Of a stretch of 64,000 nt of DNA, positions 17,057 to 26,960 are shown in pieces. Both the position numbers and the translations under genes were made by a program. The notes under the pieces were generated by a model. It saw only the letters and a list, made by a program, of their open reading frames with translations. It did not search any database and was not told where the DNA came from. Position 1 is the stretch's first letter. The number at the start of each line of letters is the position of its first letter. Source of the DNA: Vulcanimicrobiales bacterium (lineage in GTDB: Bacteria > Vulcanimicrobiota > Vulcanimicrobiia > Vulcanimicrobiales > Vulcanimicrobiaceae); the NCBI GenBank assembly GCA_038231455.1, contig JBBRLI010000001.1, positions 256,001 to 320,000 of the forward strand, written 5' to 3'.

Positions 17057-18436
17057 TTGAAACGACTGAGCACCGGGCTTCTAGCGGCAATCATTGCCGT
17101 TGGTTGCGGGCTCACTGCCGTTAGTGCAAACGCTTCGACGACGCAAGGCAACAATGGACCCTACGCCTCGTCAACGCAAGTCGCACAAGCCGGCAGTATG
17201 ATGCCCCCCGCCGACTTCGGAGCTCCGCCGTCAGGCGAAGTTCCGATCCTCTTCAACGACCGGCACGTGTATTCGAAGCCCGATCGTCTGAAGGCCGGTC
17301 GCGTTCTCGCGGCAATCGTCCGCGGAAACACGATCCTCGTCCCCCTCCGTTCGATGTTCGAACAAATGGGTGGTACGGTCTCATATGACCCGTCGACCAA
17401 AACCGTCGACGTGTCCAAACCGGGCGCCGACATCAAACTCACGGTTGGCAAACCCGAAGTAGTCCTCAACGGCGAAAGCCGTCCGCTCGACGTCCCGCCC
17501 GAAATTTACAAGGGTGTGATTGTCGTCCCGATCCGCGTTATCTCAGAACAGCTGGGCGCGTACGTCCTCTGGGTCCAAGAGAAGCACGTTGTCGTGGTTC
17601 GTTACGTCCCCGTGGTCGCACCGACCCCGGCGCCTACCGCACCCCCGACGCCGGTTCCGACGGCTCGCCCGACGGCCCCGCCGACGGTTCCCCCGACCCC
17701 GACCCCGGCTCCCAAACCGACCGTTGCATACGAGAAGTTTATCGTTGGCGACTACCTCTTCAATCCGAAGGTGTACAACGAGTTCTCGCCCGGCAACACC
17801 GGCAAGGGTGGCTCATACGGAGTCCGCGGCGGCTTCGAGTTCCCGCTCTTCAACCTCCCGTGGATGCTTGAAGGCGACTATCGCTCGTACCAGTACCCGC
17901 ATAACAACGGCACGTTCCCCGCGGCCTGCCCGAATGGCGACCAGGGTTGCGTAACGGTCATTGGCGCCTATGGCCAGACCAATGTCCCGTCGTTTACCGC
18001 ACGCGACACCGACTTCGATGGACGCTTCGGCCTCAAAATCGCCGATCCGCGCATCTACATCGGCGTGGGCTACATCCACAAAGAAGAAAACTACGGCTAT
18101 CCGAAACAGAACGGCCTCGGCTTCGGGATTGAAAAACTCCCCGACCTCGATCAGCCCTTCTCGGTCTACGGCAGCGCGTGGTACTACCCCAACGTCACCG
18201 GTAACTACACGTTCCCGAGCGACGGCTACACCACCGCGACCGGCATTGCCGGAACCGGCGGTAAGCTCCAGTACCGCATGCTCAAGTACCAAGTCGGCGG
18301 CACGTACGCCCTTGCCAAGAGCTCCGGCCTCTTCCTCGACTTCGGTTTCCTCGGAGACAGCGGTCGTGGCAAGAGCCTCTCACCGAGCGACTTCACCCAT
18401 GGTGCAGCCTACCTCGGACTTGGCTTCCACTTCTAA
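17057..18436 (+). CDS. Envelope protein: copper-amine-oxidase N-terminal-like domain + Pro/Thr linker + probable outer-membrane beta-barrel
   Basis: TTG start with GGGAG RBS; signal peptide; ILVPLRSMFEQMGGTVSYD and VVPIRVISEQLGAYV repeats; PTPAPT linker; alternating aromatic strands ending YLGLGFHF. Confidence 0.8.
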   Translation: MKRLSTGLLAAIIAVGCGLTAVSANASTTQGNNGPYASSTQVAQAGSMMPPADFGAPPSGEVPILFNDRHVYSKPDRLKAGRVLAAIVRGNTILVPLRSMFEQMGGTVSYDPSTKTVDVSKPGADIKLTVGKPEVVLNGESRPLDVPPEIYKGVIVVPIRVISEQLGAYVLWVQEKHVVVVRYVPVVAPTPAPTAPPTPVPTARPTAPPTVPPTPTPAPKPTVAYEKFIVGDYLFNPKVYNEFSPGNTGKGGSYGVRGGFEFPLFNLPWMLEGDYRSYQYPHNNGTFPAACPNGDQGCVTVIGAYGQTNVPSFTARDTDFDGRFGLKIADPRIYIGVGYIHKEENYGYPKQNGLGFGIEKLPDLDQPFSVYGSAWYYPNVTGNYTFPSDGYTTATGIAGTGGKLQYRMLKYQVGGTYALAKSSGLFLDFGFLGDSGRGKSLSPSDFTHGAAYLGLGFHF

Positions 18437-18463
18437 AATCGGCTAACGCCGACCCGGAATGGA

Positions 18464-18501
18464 AAGAACCCCTCGGCGCAAGCCGGGGGGTTCTTCGTTT
18501 T
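18464..18501 (+). terminator. Intrinsic terminator
   Basis: AAGAACCCCTCGGC-GCAA-GCCGGGGGGTTCTT then T-rich. Confidence 0.8.
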
Positions 18502-18526
18502 GTGCCGGTGTCCGGGAGCAACAAGA

Positions 18527-18558
18527 AAAGCCCCCGGACATGCGCGTCCGGGGGCTTT
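18527..18558 (-). terminator. Intrinsic terminator of the convergent gene
   Basis: AAAGCCCCCGGAC...GTCCGGGGGCTTT hairpin with A-rich 5' flank. Confidence 0.75.
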
Positions 18559-18578
18559 CGATCGATTCAACTCCAGGT

Positions 18579-19118
18579 CTAGGGCTGGGGACTCGTTTGC
18601 GGCGACGGGTTGGTCGTCACGGGCGTTGCGCCGGAGGCCGGCGGAGCAGCCGCCCCAACGGATCCCGATGCCAGCTCTGCGCGGCCGACGCGGGCCTGTT
18701 GGCTATGCGGGAAGCCTGCGACCAGCCACGCCATCGTTTTTTTCGCGCGGTTGCGACCCTCGTCACTTGGAACTTTTCCGTACAGGTGCGCGAGGTCGAG
18801 CACGTAGCGTGGGAGCCACGTATCGTGGGGATATTTTTTTTGCCAATCGTGGATCGAATCTTCGAGATAGTCCGTGTTCGCAAAGATCGACTCCGCTTTT
18901 TCGGGGCTGTAGTCGATCTTCCGACCCAAATCCGCCATGGTATTGCGCATGCCCAGCACGCTCATCTTAAGCTTCCCGAAGTATTCATCGGCCGGAGCGA
19001 CGGACGAATGCCGATGCGCGGGCGCGCTTTCCGACTTTGTGGTTTCGCTTGCAAACGCGGGAGCGCTCGCAGTGGTCGCAATCGCGACGAGCGAAACAAA
19101 CGCAAGGAGTCGTTTCAC
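18579..19118 (-). CDS. Secreted helical hypothetical protein
   Basis: GTG start with AAAGGA RBS, signal peptide ...APAFA, APADEYFG motif. Confidence 0.75.
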   Translation of the reverse strand: MKRLLAFVSLVAIATTASAPAFASETTKSESAPAHRHSSVAPADEYFGKLKMSVLGMRNTMADLGRKIDYSPEKAESIFANTDYLEDSIHDWQKKYPHDTWLPRYVLDLAHLYGKVPSDEGRNRAKKTMAWLVAGFPHSQQARVGRAELASGSVGAAAPPASGATPVTTNPSPQTSPQP

Positions 19119-19192
19119 CGTTCGTCCTTTCTTCTAGGCTGTCATCAACGGGCCGATCAACATTGCCCGCTTCACGAAGGAGTCCGCTTTCC

Positions 19193-20485
19193 GTGAGTGC
19201 CCCGACGAGATCGATCGCCGTCGCCTGCGTGCAACTTCGCGCGCATGACGGTGATGCATTTGCGGCCCGATGGCCGATGATCCTCGAAATGATTGCCGAT
19301 GCGATCCGCAAGGGAGCGGAACTCGTCGTGGTCCCCGAGGGGACGGTCCCCAACTATGTTATCGGTGATTCTCAGCCGGAAATCAAGACGCTCGAGCGCG
19401 CCGCTGCCGATCTGTGCGCTCTGAGCAAGCAAGCAAACGCAACGATCGTTATCGGCGGTGCGCGCTATCGCAACCCCGGCGAACTCGTGAATTCGGCGTG
19501 GGTGATCACGCCCGCCGGCATCGCCGGATATGCGGACAAATGCTTCCTCTGGCACTTCGATCGCAAGTGGTTCAGCGCCGCAGACGCCCTCGAACCGATC
19601 GATACGCCGGTGGGACGGCTCGGCATTTTCATCTGCGCCGATGGCCGTCTTCCGACGATTGGGTCGACGCTCGTCGAACGCGGCGCCGAGCTACTCGTGG
19701 TACCCACAGCATGGGTGACGAGCGGCCGCGATCCCGCATCGCTTGAAAATCTTCAGGCCGATTTATTCGTCAACGTCCGCGCGCGCGAAAATCGCGTACC
19801 GCTTGTTGCGGCGAATAAGGTGGGCGTCGAATACGGTAGCGTCGCGTATTGCGGCAAAAGCGCCATCGTCGATGCCGACGGCATTTTCCTTGCACGCGGA
19901 TCCGAACGCGATGAAGAGACGATTCACGGCCGCATCACGATCGGCGCCCGCAGCGGAGCGAAACGCGCGACGATCGTGACACCTCCGGGTGCGCCGTTAC
20001 CGGCCTCCCTACGCATCGCGATCACACCGGAAAATCCGGGTGCAACGCGCACGTCACTCGATCGCTACGCGCTGCTTGCCGATGCAACGCTCGTCATCGG
20101 ACCCGAAGCCAACCTTGGGGGATTTGGCGAAATCGGTATCGTACGCGGCGGCGATCTTTGGGATCCTGCAGCGCTCGTCGAACCGCGCCTCGCGGGAACG
20201 CGCGTGTTTGTTTGGCACGCCGACACGTTGCCCGAATGGACGACGCGACTTGCGCGCACGCGCGCGGCCGAGTTGCGCGCGTATTTCGTCGTCTTCGATG
20301 CGATTGCGGATCGCGCGTTTGCCGTCGACCCCGAGGGCGTCGTGATGTGCGGGACGTTCGATGACTTTCGCGTTGCCGCGTTTACGTTCGATCGCACACG
20401 CACCGAGGCGTGGAATGTCGCCCCGCACACAAGCGTCGCCGACGGTTTGCGAACGGTCGGACGTCTTGCAGCGACGCGCACGTAA
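19193..20485 (+). CDS. Carbon-nitrogen hydrolase (nitrilase superfamily) with degenerate second domain
   Basis: Catalytic E-K-C in VVVPEG, YADKCFLW, FICADG; AAGGAG RBS before GTG. Confidence 0.85.
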   Translation: MSAPTRSIAVACVQLRAHDGDAFAARWPMILEMIADAIRKGAELVVVPEGTVPNYVIGDSQPEIKTLERAAADLCALSKQANATIVIGGARYRNPGELVNSAWVITPAGIAGYADKCFLWHFDRKWFSAADALEPIDTPVGRLGIFICADGRLPTIGSTLVERGAELLVVPTAWVTSGRDPASLENLQADLFVNVRARENRVPLVAANKVGVEYGSVAYCGKSAIVDADGIFLARGSERDEETIHGRITIGARSGAKRATIVTPPGAPLPASLRIAITPENPGATRTSLDRYALLADATLVIGPEANLGGFGEIGIVRGGDLWDPAALVEPRLAGTRVFVWHADTLPEWTTRLARTRAAELRAYFVVFDAIADRAFAVDPEGVVMCGTFDDFRVAAFTFDRTRTEAWNVAPHTSVADGLRTVGRLAATRT

Positions 20486-20503
20486 ACCTGGTACAGTCTG
20501 CAC

Positions 20504-22699
20504 ATGAGGTTTGGTCGACTGGCCCTTGCCATCGCACTTGTCGCTACGGGGAAACAAGCGGCGATCGCCGCCGTTTTGCCCGCGCAGCTTGCGCCTGCCG
20601 CGCCGTTTCCGCTCGTCGTCGCCTCGAATATCGAGCGCGAATTCGTCGCGCCCGGCATCTCGCGCGCAACGTATCATCTCTTCACCTCGAGCGGACCGCT
20701 CAACGTATACGTCGTCGTCGTCGATCCCCACGAACCGACGGTCCGGCTCGACACCGTGCTCGCACACGATCGCCTGATCGGCAGCGGCGAGACGGTCTCC
20801 TCGATGGCGCAACGGACCGGAGCCGTCGCCGGAATCAACGCCGACTATTTCGATGTCGGGAATACGAATCAACCGCTCGGTGTCGTTGTTGCCCATGGAG
20901 AGTTCGAGCGAACGCCAAGCGTGCGTCCGGCGCTCACGTACACGCGCGAGCACGACGTGCGTTTTGAAACGTATCGATTTGCCGGACACGCGACGATCGG
21001 CACGCAGAACATCACGATCACGCATGTCAACGAGTTTCCACCCGAAGGCGGTGCATCGCTGATGACCGCCGCATTCGGGCCGCTCGCACCTAGCGCCGCC
21101 GTCACGGCACTCGATCTCGAACCGCTTGCAAGTGCGTTACCGACCGCAACGGTCGGTTCGCCGCAGATCGCAACGCCGATCGGCACGCGCTATCGCGTCT
21201 CTGCGATCGAATCCGGAACGTTCGGAACGCCGGCGGCCGTGCGCCTCGCACTCGGTCCGACCGCGCTCACCGGGCTCACGTTGCCGGGAATCGGAGATGA
21301 AGTCGACGTTCGCATCGGGACCGATCCGGACCTCAGCAGCGTCCTCGCCGCGGTCGGCGGCGGCCCACTGCTCCTTGCGGACGGCAAAGCCGTCGACGAT
21401 CCGATTAGTCCCGGCTACGCCGAACGCGCGCTACGTATCCCGGTCGCCGCAGCTGCAAAACTCGGCGACGGACGACTCGCGCTTGTGACAATCGACGGAC
21501 GACATCCGCCGATATCGATCGGAACGTCGCGCGCCGAACTCATCGCGCTCTTACAAGCGATCGGCGCGACCGATGCGATGCAATTCGATTCCGGCGGGTC
21601 GGCAACGCTCGTCGCGCGCGTGCTCGGCGATGCACGGCCGAGCGTGCTCAACGCACCCTCCGATGGAACCGAACGCCCCGTCGCCGACGGCTTGTTCGTC
21701 TACAGCGACGCGCCGATCGGCGCGCCGAGCAGGCTCGTGGTCCATCCCGCACTGCTCGAGGGACTGCGCGGCGTCTCGGTCCCGGTTCGCGGCGCGCTCA
21801 CGGATGCAGCTGGGCACGCACTTGGCGCAGCGAGTGGTCCGTGGTCGCTCGCCGCACCATCGACACTCGCGACGATCACAACGGACGGGTTCGTGCATTT
21901 CGGCACGCAAACTGGAACGGGAACGTTGCAGATCGCGCGTGGCGGCGTGAGCGCCGACGTCACGATCGCCATCCTTCCCGGAGTCGCGCGATTAGGCATC
22001 GATCCGGACCGTCCCAACCCGGATCCCGGTACGGCCGTCGCCCTTCACGCGGTCGGCTACGATGCAGCGCATCGCCTGATGGCGATCGGCGAGAATGCGA
22101 CGTGGTCGGCCGTTGGCGGAACGGTCGACGCACACGGTATTTTCCTTGCGGGAACCAGCGACGCTACGGTCACCGCGACGCTCGGCACCGTGCAAACGAA
22201 AACCATCGTGCGCGTGGGGCGCCGCTTCGTTCCCGCATCGTTCTTCGATCCAGCCGAACAGGCGGCGTGGCGCTTCTCGTCCACGCCGTCGAATGGGCCG
22301 GGCGCGATCGCATTCGCAACCCCGAGCGACGGATCGCTGGCGATCACCTACGACTTCACCGACAAAGAACGCGCCGCATACGCGTCGGCGACGCCGCCGA
22401 TCGCACTTGGCGATGCGCTAGCGCTCGGTTTTGCGATCGACGGTGACGGCAGCGGCGTTTCCTTGCGCGCGTCGATTAGCGATCGGTTCGGCGAGCGGAC
22501 GACGGTGACGATCGCACCGCGAATCGACTGGACGGGCGTCCAACTGCACGACACGCCGATTCCAAGTTGGCTTGCACCGCCGATCGCTCTGCGTGCCGTC
22601 TATCTCACGGCGGGAAGCAAAACGAACAAGCCGGCGGGCACGATCACATTGCGAAACGTTCGTCTGCTGGTGCCGGGAAGCGGACCGCACGCGCCGTAA
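20504..22699 (+). CDS. Secreted phosphodiester glycosidase (NAGPA) family protein with Ig/CBM-like C-terminal domains
   Basis: AVAGINADYFD, AVGGGPLL, VTIDGR, AMQFDSGGSATL, PSDGTERPVADGL. Confidence 0.85.
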   Translation: MRFGRLALAIALVATGKQAAIAAVLPAQLAPAAPFPLVVASNIEREFVAPGISRATYHLFTSSGPLNVYVVVVDPHEPTVRLDTVLAHDRLIGSGETVSSMAQRTGAVAGINADYFDVGNTNQPLGVVVAHGEFERTPSVRPALTYTREHDVRFETYRFAGHATIGTQNITITHVNEFPPEGGASLMTAAFGPLAPSAAVTALDLEPLASALPTATVGSPQIATPIGTRYRVSAIESGTFGTPAAVRLALGPTALTGLTLPGIGDEVDVRIGTDPDLSSVLAAVGGGPLLLADGKAVDDPISPGYAERALRIPVAAAAKLGDGRLALVTIDGRHPPISIGTSRAELIALLQAIGATDAMQFDSGGSATLVARVLGDARPSVLNAPSDGTERPVADGLFVYSDAPIGAPSRLVVHPALLEGLRGVSVPVRGALTDAAGHALGAASGPWSLAAPSTLATITTDGFVHFGTQTGTGTLQIARGGVSADVTIAILPGVARLGIDPDRPNPDPGTAVALHAVGYDAAHRLMAIGENATWSAVGGTVDAHGIFLAGTSDATVTATLGTVQTKTIVRVGRRFVPASFFDPAEQAAWRFSSTPSNGPGAIAFATPSDGSLAITYDFTDKERAAYASATPPIALGDALALGFAIDGDGSGVSLRASISDRFGERTTVTIAPRIDWTGVQLHDTPIPSWLAPPIALRAVYLTAGSKTNKPAGTITLRNVRLLVPGSGPHAP

Positions 22700-22707
22700 G
22701 GACGGCG

Positions 22708-24159
22708 ATGGAGTATTCCGGCCTTGCCGCGCGCGCGCTCGATACGGCCGTCGCACGCGGCGCAACGTACGCCGACATCCGTTTCGAAGAAACGCGCGCG
22801 GAGCGGATCGAGATTCGCAGTGGAGCCGTCGTCACGCTGAGCGACACGCGCAGCGACGGCCATGGAATTCGCGCGTTCGTGGAGGGTGCGTGGGGTTTTG
22901 CGGCATCGCCGGATCGCAGCGATGCGGCCCTCGATGCGACGGCCGCGCGCGCCGTCGCGATTGCACGTGCGGGAGCCGCGATCGCGACCCATCGCTTCGC
23001 GATCGAACCGACCGGTCGACATACGGCCGTGTACGCGACGCCCGTCGACCGGGATCCCGATACAATTGCGATCGGCGACCGCATCGCCTTGCTCGTCGAG
23101 GCCGAACGTGCGCTGCATTCCGCGACCAGTATCGCCGTCGGTCGCGCGTGGATCGATCTGTGGCACGCAGAGAAATTTTTCTTCTCCACGACCGGATCGA
23201 ACATCGTACAAACGATCCGGCAATCCGGCAGCGGACTGTGGGCGCTTGCCGTCGCAGACGGCGACGCGCAAGATCGCACGTATCCGGGCGACATCGGATT
23301 CTATCAGGGCGGAGGCTGGGAGGTAATCGAGCGCGCGCACCTGCTCGACAACGCCGCGCGCATCGGTGAAGAGGCGCATCAACTTCTCTCGGCACCGCAG
23401 TGTCCGAGCGCGACGACCGATCTGATTCTCGGCAGTTCGCAGGTCTCACTCCAGATTCATGAATCGTGCGGTCACGCAGCCGAACTCGATCGCATCATGG
23501 GTTGGGAGGAAAATTTTAGCGGCACGAGCTTTTTGCGCGTTGAGGATGTCGGTTCGCTCCAGTATGGGAGCGAACGCGTAAATATCGTCATCGACAACTT
23601 GCTCCCGCACGGAATGGCGACCGCCGCATTCGACGATGAGGGAACGCCCTGCGGCTCGAGCGACGTCATTCGGAACGGGCTCCTTGCGGGATTCGAAAGC
23701 TCGCACGATACGGCAGCCGCAATCGGCGCGGCCAGCAGCGCCTGCGTCCGCGCTCAGAGCTGGGAGCACGTGCCGATGATTCGCATGTGCAACTTGAACT
23801 TGCTGCCCGGCGACCGGCCGTTCGACGCGCTCTTCGCTGATGTGAGCGACGGCGTGTACATGGAGTCGAATCGGTCGTGGTCGATCGACGATCACCGCTT
23901 GAACTTCCAATTCGGTTGCGAGATCGCATGGGAAGTCAAGAACGGTAAACGTGGGCGGTTGCTTAAGAATCCGACGTACGCGGGCGTGACTCCGCAGTTT
24001 TGGAAGAGCTGCGATGCGATCGCCGACGCCGATTCGTGGGTCGCGTGGGGCACGCCTAACTGCGGGAAAGGCGAACCGATGCAGACCGGCCGTACGACGC
24101 AAGCCGCGTCGCCCGCGCGCTTTCGCAACGTTGAGGTTGGAGTCGGCTACGATGGATGA
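22708..24159 (+). CDS. tldD: TldD metalloprotease
   Basis: YADIRFE, GAWGFA, HESCGHAAE, FDDEG, PMIRMCN, CGKGEP. Confidence 0.9.
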   Translation: MEYSGLAARALDTAVARGATYADIRFEETRAERIEIRSGAVVTLSDTRSDGHGIRAFVEGAWGFAASPDRSDAALDATAARAVAIARAGAAIATHRFAIEPTGRHTAVYATPVDRDPDTIAIGDRIALLVEAERALHSATSIAVGRAWIDLWHAEKFFFSTTGSNIVQTIRQSGSGLWALAVADGDAQDRTYPGDIGFYQGGGWEVIERAHLLDNAARIGEEAHQLLSAPQCPSATTDLILGSSQVSLQIHESCGHAAELDRIMGWEENFSGTSFLRVEDVGSLQYGSERVNIVIDNLLPHGMATAAFDDEGTPCGSSDVIRNGLLAGFESSHDTAAAIGAASSACVRAQSWEHVPMIRMCNLNLLPGDRPFDALFADVSDGVYMESNRSWSIDDHRLNFQFGCEIAWEVKNGKRGRLLKNPTYAGVTPQFWKSCDAIADADSWVAWGTPNCGKGEPMQTGRTTQAASPARFRNVEVGVGYDG

Positions 24160-25474
24160 GTGCACGCGCACGGCGCTCGTCCAGCGGACGCTCGCACTAG
24201 CGGGAAAGAGCGGCCTCGAAGTGCTCGTCACATCCCAACAGAGCGCCCTCACCCGTTTCACCCACAACGCAATCCATCAAAACGTGGACGCGAGCGACGC
24301 GACGATTCGCGTGCGTGCCATCCTCGGCAAACAGACTGGCGTTGCGACGACCAATCGCACGGACGATGTGGGATTACGCGAGGTCGTCACGCAGGCGCAG
24401 CGACTCGCGAACTTCGCGCCGCCAAGCGGGGTGGAACCCGCCCTGGTCGGGCCACAATCGCCCTCGCCAGTCGCGGCAGCGAGCACCACTCCCGTCGATG
24501 CCGAGCGTCGCGCGAGCGTCGCACGCGCGATCTTCGATGTCGCAGAAGAGCACGGCGCGTGGGCTGCAGGCTACGTCACGACGAGCGCAAGCGGTTTGAC
24601 GCTGGCCAACACGGCGGGACTCCAGGCTTCGTTCGATGCGACGGACAGCGGTGCCAACGTGAAGATGAACGGGGTCGCCGCAACCGGATTTGCCGAACGG
24701 TACTCTATCGATGCAGCGCTGCTCGACGGCCGCAGTCTCGGTGAACGCGCGGCGGAAAAAGTACGCGCCGGCGGAACGCCGACCGCCGTCGACCCGGGCG
24801 CATGGACCGTTATTTTCGAGCCGGCGGCATTTGGCGAACTGATCGCGCATCTTACGGATCATTTTTCAGCGCAGACTTACATTGAAGGGTCATCGTTTCT
24901 GACCGGCGTTCTTGGGACGCGTGTCTTCGGCGAAAACGTGACGATTCGCGATGACTACACGCATGCGCTCAATCCCGGACAATCATTCGACTACGAGGGA
25001 ACGCCGACTCCGCCGCTGGCGCTCATCGAACGTGGGGTCGCTCAATCGATCGTCACCGACTCGCACTACGCGCGTCAGCTCCACTGCGCGAACACCGGTC
25101 ACGCGTTGCCCGCTCCGAACGCGTACGGTCCGCAGGCGATGCACGTCGTCGTCGAGGGCGGAGAGAAGTCGACCCAGCAGTTGATCGCGGAGACGAAGCG
25201 CGGCATCCTCGTCACGCGGCTCTGGTACGTGCGCACCGTCGACAAACGTGCAACCATCGTCACGGGGATGACGCGCGACGGTACGCTGCTCATCGAGCAC
25301 GGGCGCATCACCGGCGGCGTCCGGAATATGCGCTTCAATCAGTCGATCGCCGAACTCATGCGCGATTGCGAGCTGAGTTCAGAACAGCAGCGGACCGGCG
25401 GTTACGCGTATTCGCTCGTGGTTCCGGCCCTCAAAGTCCCGCGCTTTACGTTCACCAGCGCGACCGCGTTCTAG
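24152..25474 (+). CDS. pmbA: TldE/PmbA partner subunit
   Basis: LTRFTHNAIHQN, FDYEGTP, TGHALP, TGMTRDG; no HExxH; overlaps the tldD stop. Confidence 0.85.
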   Translation: MDECTRTALVQRTLALAGKSGLEVLVTSQQSALTRFTHNAIHQNVDASDATIRVRAILGKQTGVATTNRTDDVGLREVVTQAQRLANFAPPSGVEPALVGPQSPSPVAAASTTPVDAERRASVARAIFDVAEEHGAWAAGYVTTSASGLTLANTAGLQASFDATDSGANVKMNGVAATGFAERYSIDAALLDGRSLGERAAEKVRAGGTPTAVDPGAWTVIFEPAAFGELIAHLTDHFSAQTYIEGSSFLTGVLGTRVFGENVTIRDDYTHALNPGQSFDYEGTPTPPLALIERGVAQSIVTDSHYARQLHCANTGHALPAPNAYGPQAMHVVVEGGEKSTQQLIAETKRGILVTRLWYVRTVDKRATIVTGMTRDGTLLIEHGRITGGVRNMRFNQSIAELMRDCELSSEQQRTGGYAYSLVVPALKVPRFTFTSATAF

Positions 25475-26430
25475 CCGTGCGCCTCGGTTAAGGCGGCGCG
25501 CGGCGGGATGGCAAATGCTGCCCATACCAGGCCCGCAAGAAAGACGATGAGTCCGGCGATGAGCGCGATCGGTGCAGGCGCAGAGGCAACGATGAGTTGC
25601 GGATACGTTCCGATGCTTGCGCGAAGACGCAGACCACCGACCGAGACATACTCGCCCGATGCACCGATTTTGATGTCGAGCGTTTTCCCCGCCTCGTCGT
25701 CGACGGCAAAGAGCACCGTCGGTACGTTTTTATTCGGCGTCGCAATGTGATTCATTTTCGCGGTGTCTTGCGCGGAAAAATAGATCGTACGGACGACGCG
25801 CTTGGCGCCGGGTGTGCGAAAGGTATCGAACGGCAGTTTCTTGCCGGCGATCGTCGCCTCGTTGTGAAAGAGCAAAATCGGCGAGAGAAACGCCGCACTA
25901 TCGGGCTGCGTGATCGTCAGATGGTTCCCGGCCCCATCGTATGCATCGATGAACGCAGCGTGCGTCGGCTCCGTGAAGAGGACGGAATTCCCGACGTAGC
26001 GCTTCGTTCCGGCCGGAATATCGATCTCGCCTTCGCCGCGTTTGCGCAAGAGCACGTGCGCATCGCCGCGCGCCACGGCCGCACCGTCAACCGCAGAAAA
26101 GAACGCCGCGCGACCGAGGTCCGGTAGCGGCGCGACTGTGCCCGGCGAGCGTACGATCGTGTCGGTATCGGGGCCGAGCAGTCCCGATGCAAGACCCGCG
26201 CCCAGCACGACGAGCGCGCCAAGCTGGGCGACGGCAAGGCGTTTGCCGAGTGGGCCATCTTCGCCCCGCTGGGCGCCGAGCGCATATCCCACCATGACGA
26301 AGGCCGCGATCGCAAGCGCGAGTGCGTATTGCCAGGTGTGAAAGAGCGCCGTCGTCGGAATGATGTCTTGCGCGACGACGAGGGCGATGGCAACGAACGC
26401 AACCGCAAGTGCAAACCAGCGCGAACTCAC
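25471..26430 (-). CDS. Membrane protein with ResB/Ccs1-like topology
   Basis: 3 N-terminal TMs (LFHTWQY resembling ResB YHSWWF), soluble domain, one C-terminal TM; coupled to TlpA/ResA. Confidence 0.5.
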   Translation of the reverse strand: MSSRWFALAVAFVAIALVVAQDIIPTTALFHTWQYALALAIAAFVMVGYALGAQRGEDGPLGKRLAVAQLGALVVLGAGLASGLLGPDTDTIVRSPGTVAPLPDLGRAAFFSAVDGAAVARGDAHVLLRKRGEGEIDIPAGTKRYVGNSVLFTEPTHAAFIDAYDGAGNHLTITQPDSAAFLSPILLFHNEATIAGKKLPFDTFRTPGAKRVVRTIYFSAQDTAKMNHIATPNKNVPTVLFAVDDEAGKTLDIKIGASGEYVSVGGLRLRASIGTYPQLIVASAPAPIALIAGLIVFLAGLVWAAFAIPPRAALTEAHG

Positions 26431-26960
26431 TGCGCGCGCAACGCAGGCGCAACGGCCTCGCGCATCTGCGCGAGCGTGAGTTGACCGTCGATGCCTTTGA
26501 CGATATGGCCGCTACGATCGACGATGATGGTGGTCGGCAAACCGACCGCGCTATAACTGCGTCCGTAGGCTTGCTCTTGATCGAGCAAAATCGGGAACGT
26601 CACGCCGTGTTTACGCGCGTACGCAGCGGTAACCCCCTGCGACTCGCCTTGATCGACGCCGATCACGACCACGCCTTTGGCCCGGATTTCCTTGGAGAAG
26701 GCCTCGAGTTCCGGCATCTCCGCATCGCAGGGTGGGCACCACGTTGCCCAAATGTTCATCAGCACGACGGAACCGCGGTAGCGATCGAGGCCGTCCAACT
26801 GTCCGTCGATTCGTTTGAGCGTATAACTCACGGCCGGAGCGCCGGCGAGCATCGCGGGACCGCCGCCTTCGGCGGTGCGCTTCGGACCGCCGCCGGGATA
26901 GAACGCAACGATCAGTAAAAGTGCAATCACGGCACAAGCGATGAGAAGGACGTTGCGCAT
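26427..26960 (-). CDS. TlpA/ResA family thiol-disulfide oxidoreductase
   Basis: N-terminal TM, NIWATWCPPCDAEMP, GLPTTIIVD. Confidence 0.9.
   Translation of the reverse strand: MRNVLLIACAVIALLLIVAFYPGGGPKRTAEGGGPAMLAGAPAVSYTLKRIDGQLDGLDRYRGSVVLMNIWATWCPPCDAEMPELEAFSKEIRAKGVVVIGVDQGESQGVTAAYARKHGVTFPILLDQEQAYGRSYSAVGLPTTIIVDRSGHIVKGIDGQLTLAQMREAVAPALRAQ

Noticed and set aside
22708-25474. tldD/pmbA as a sign of a RiPP cluster
   Set aside because: No precursor peptide, YcaO, radical SAM or exporter genes nearby
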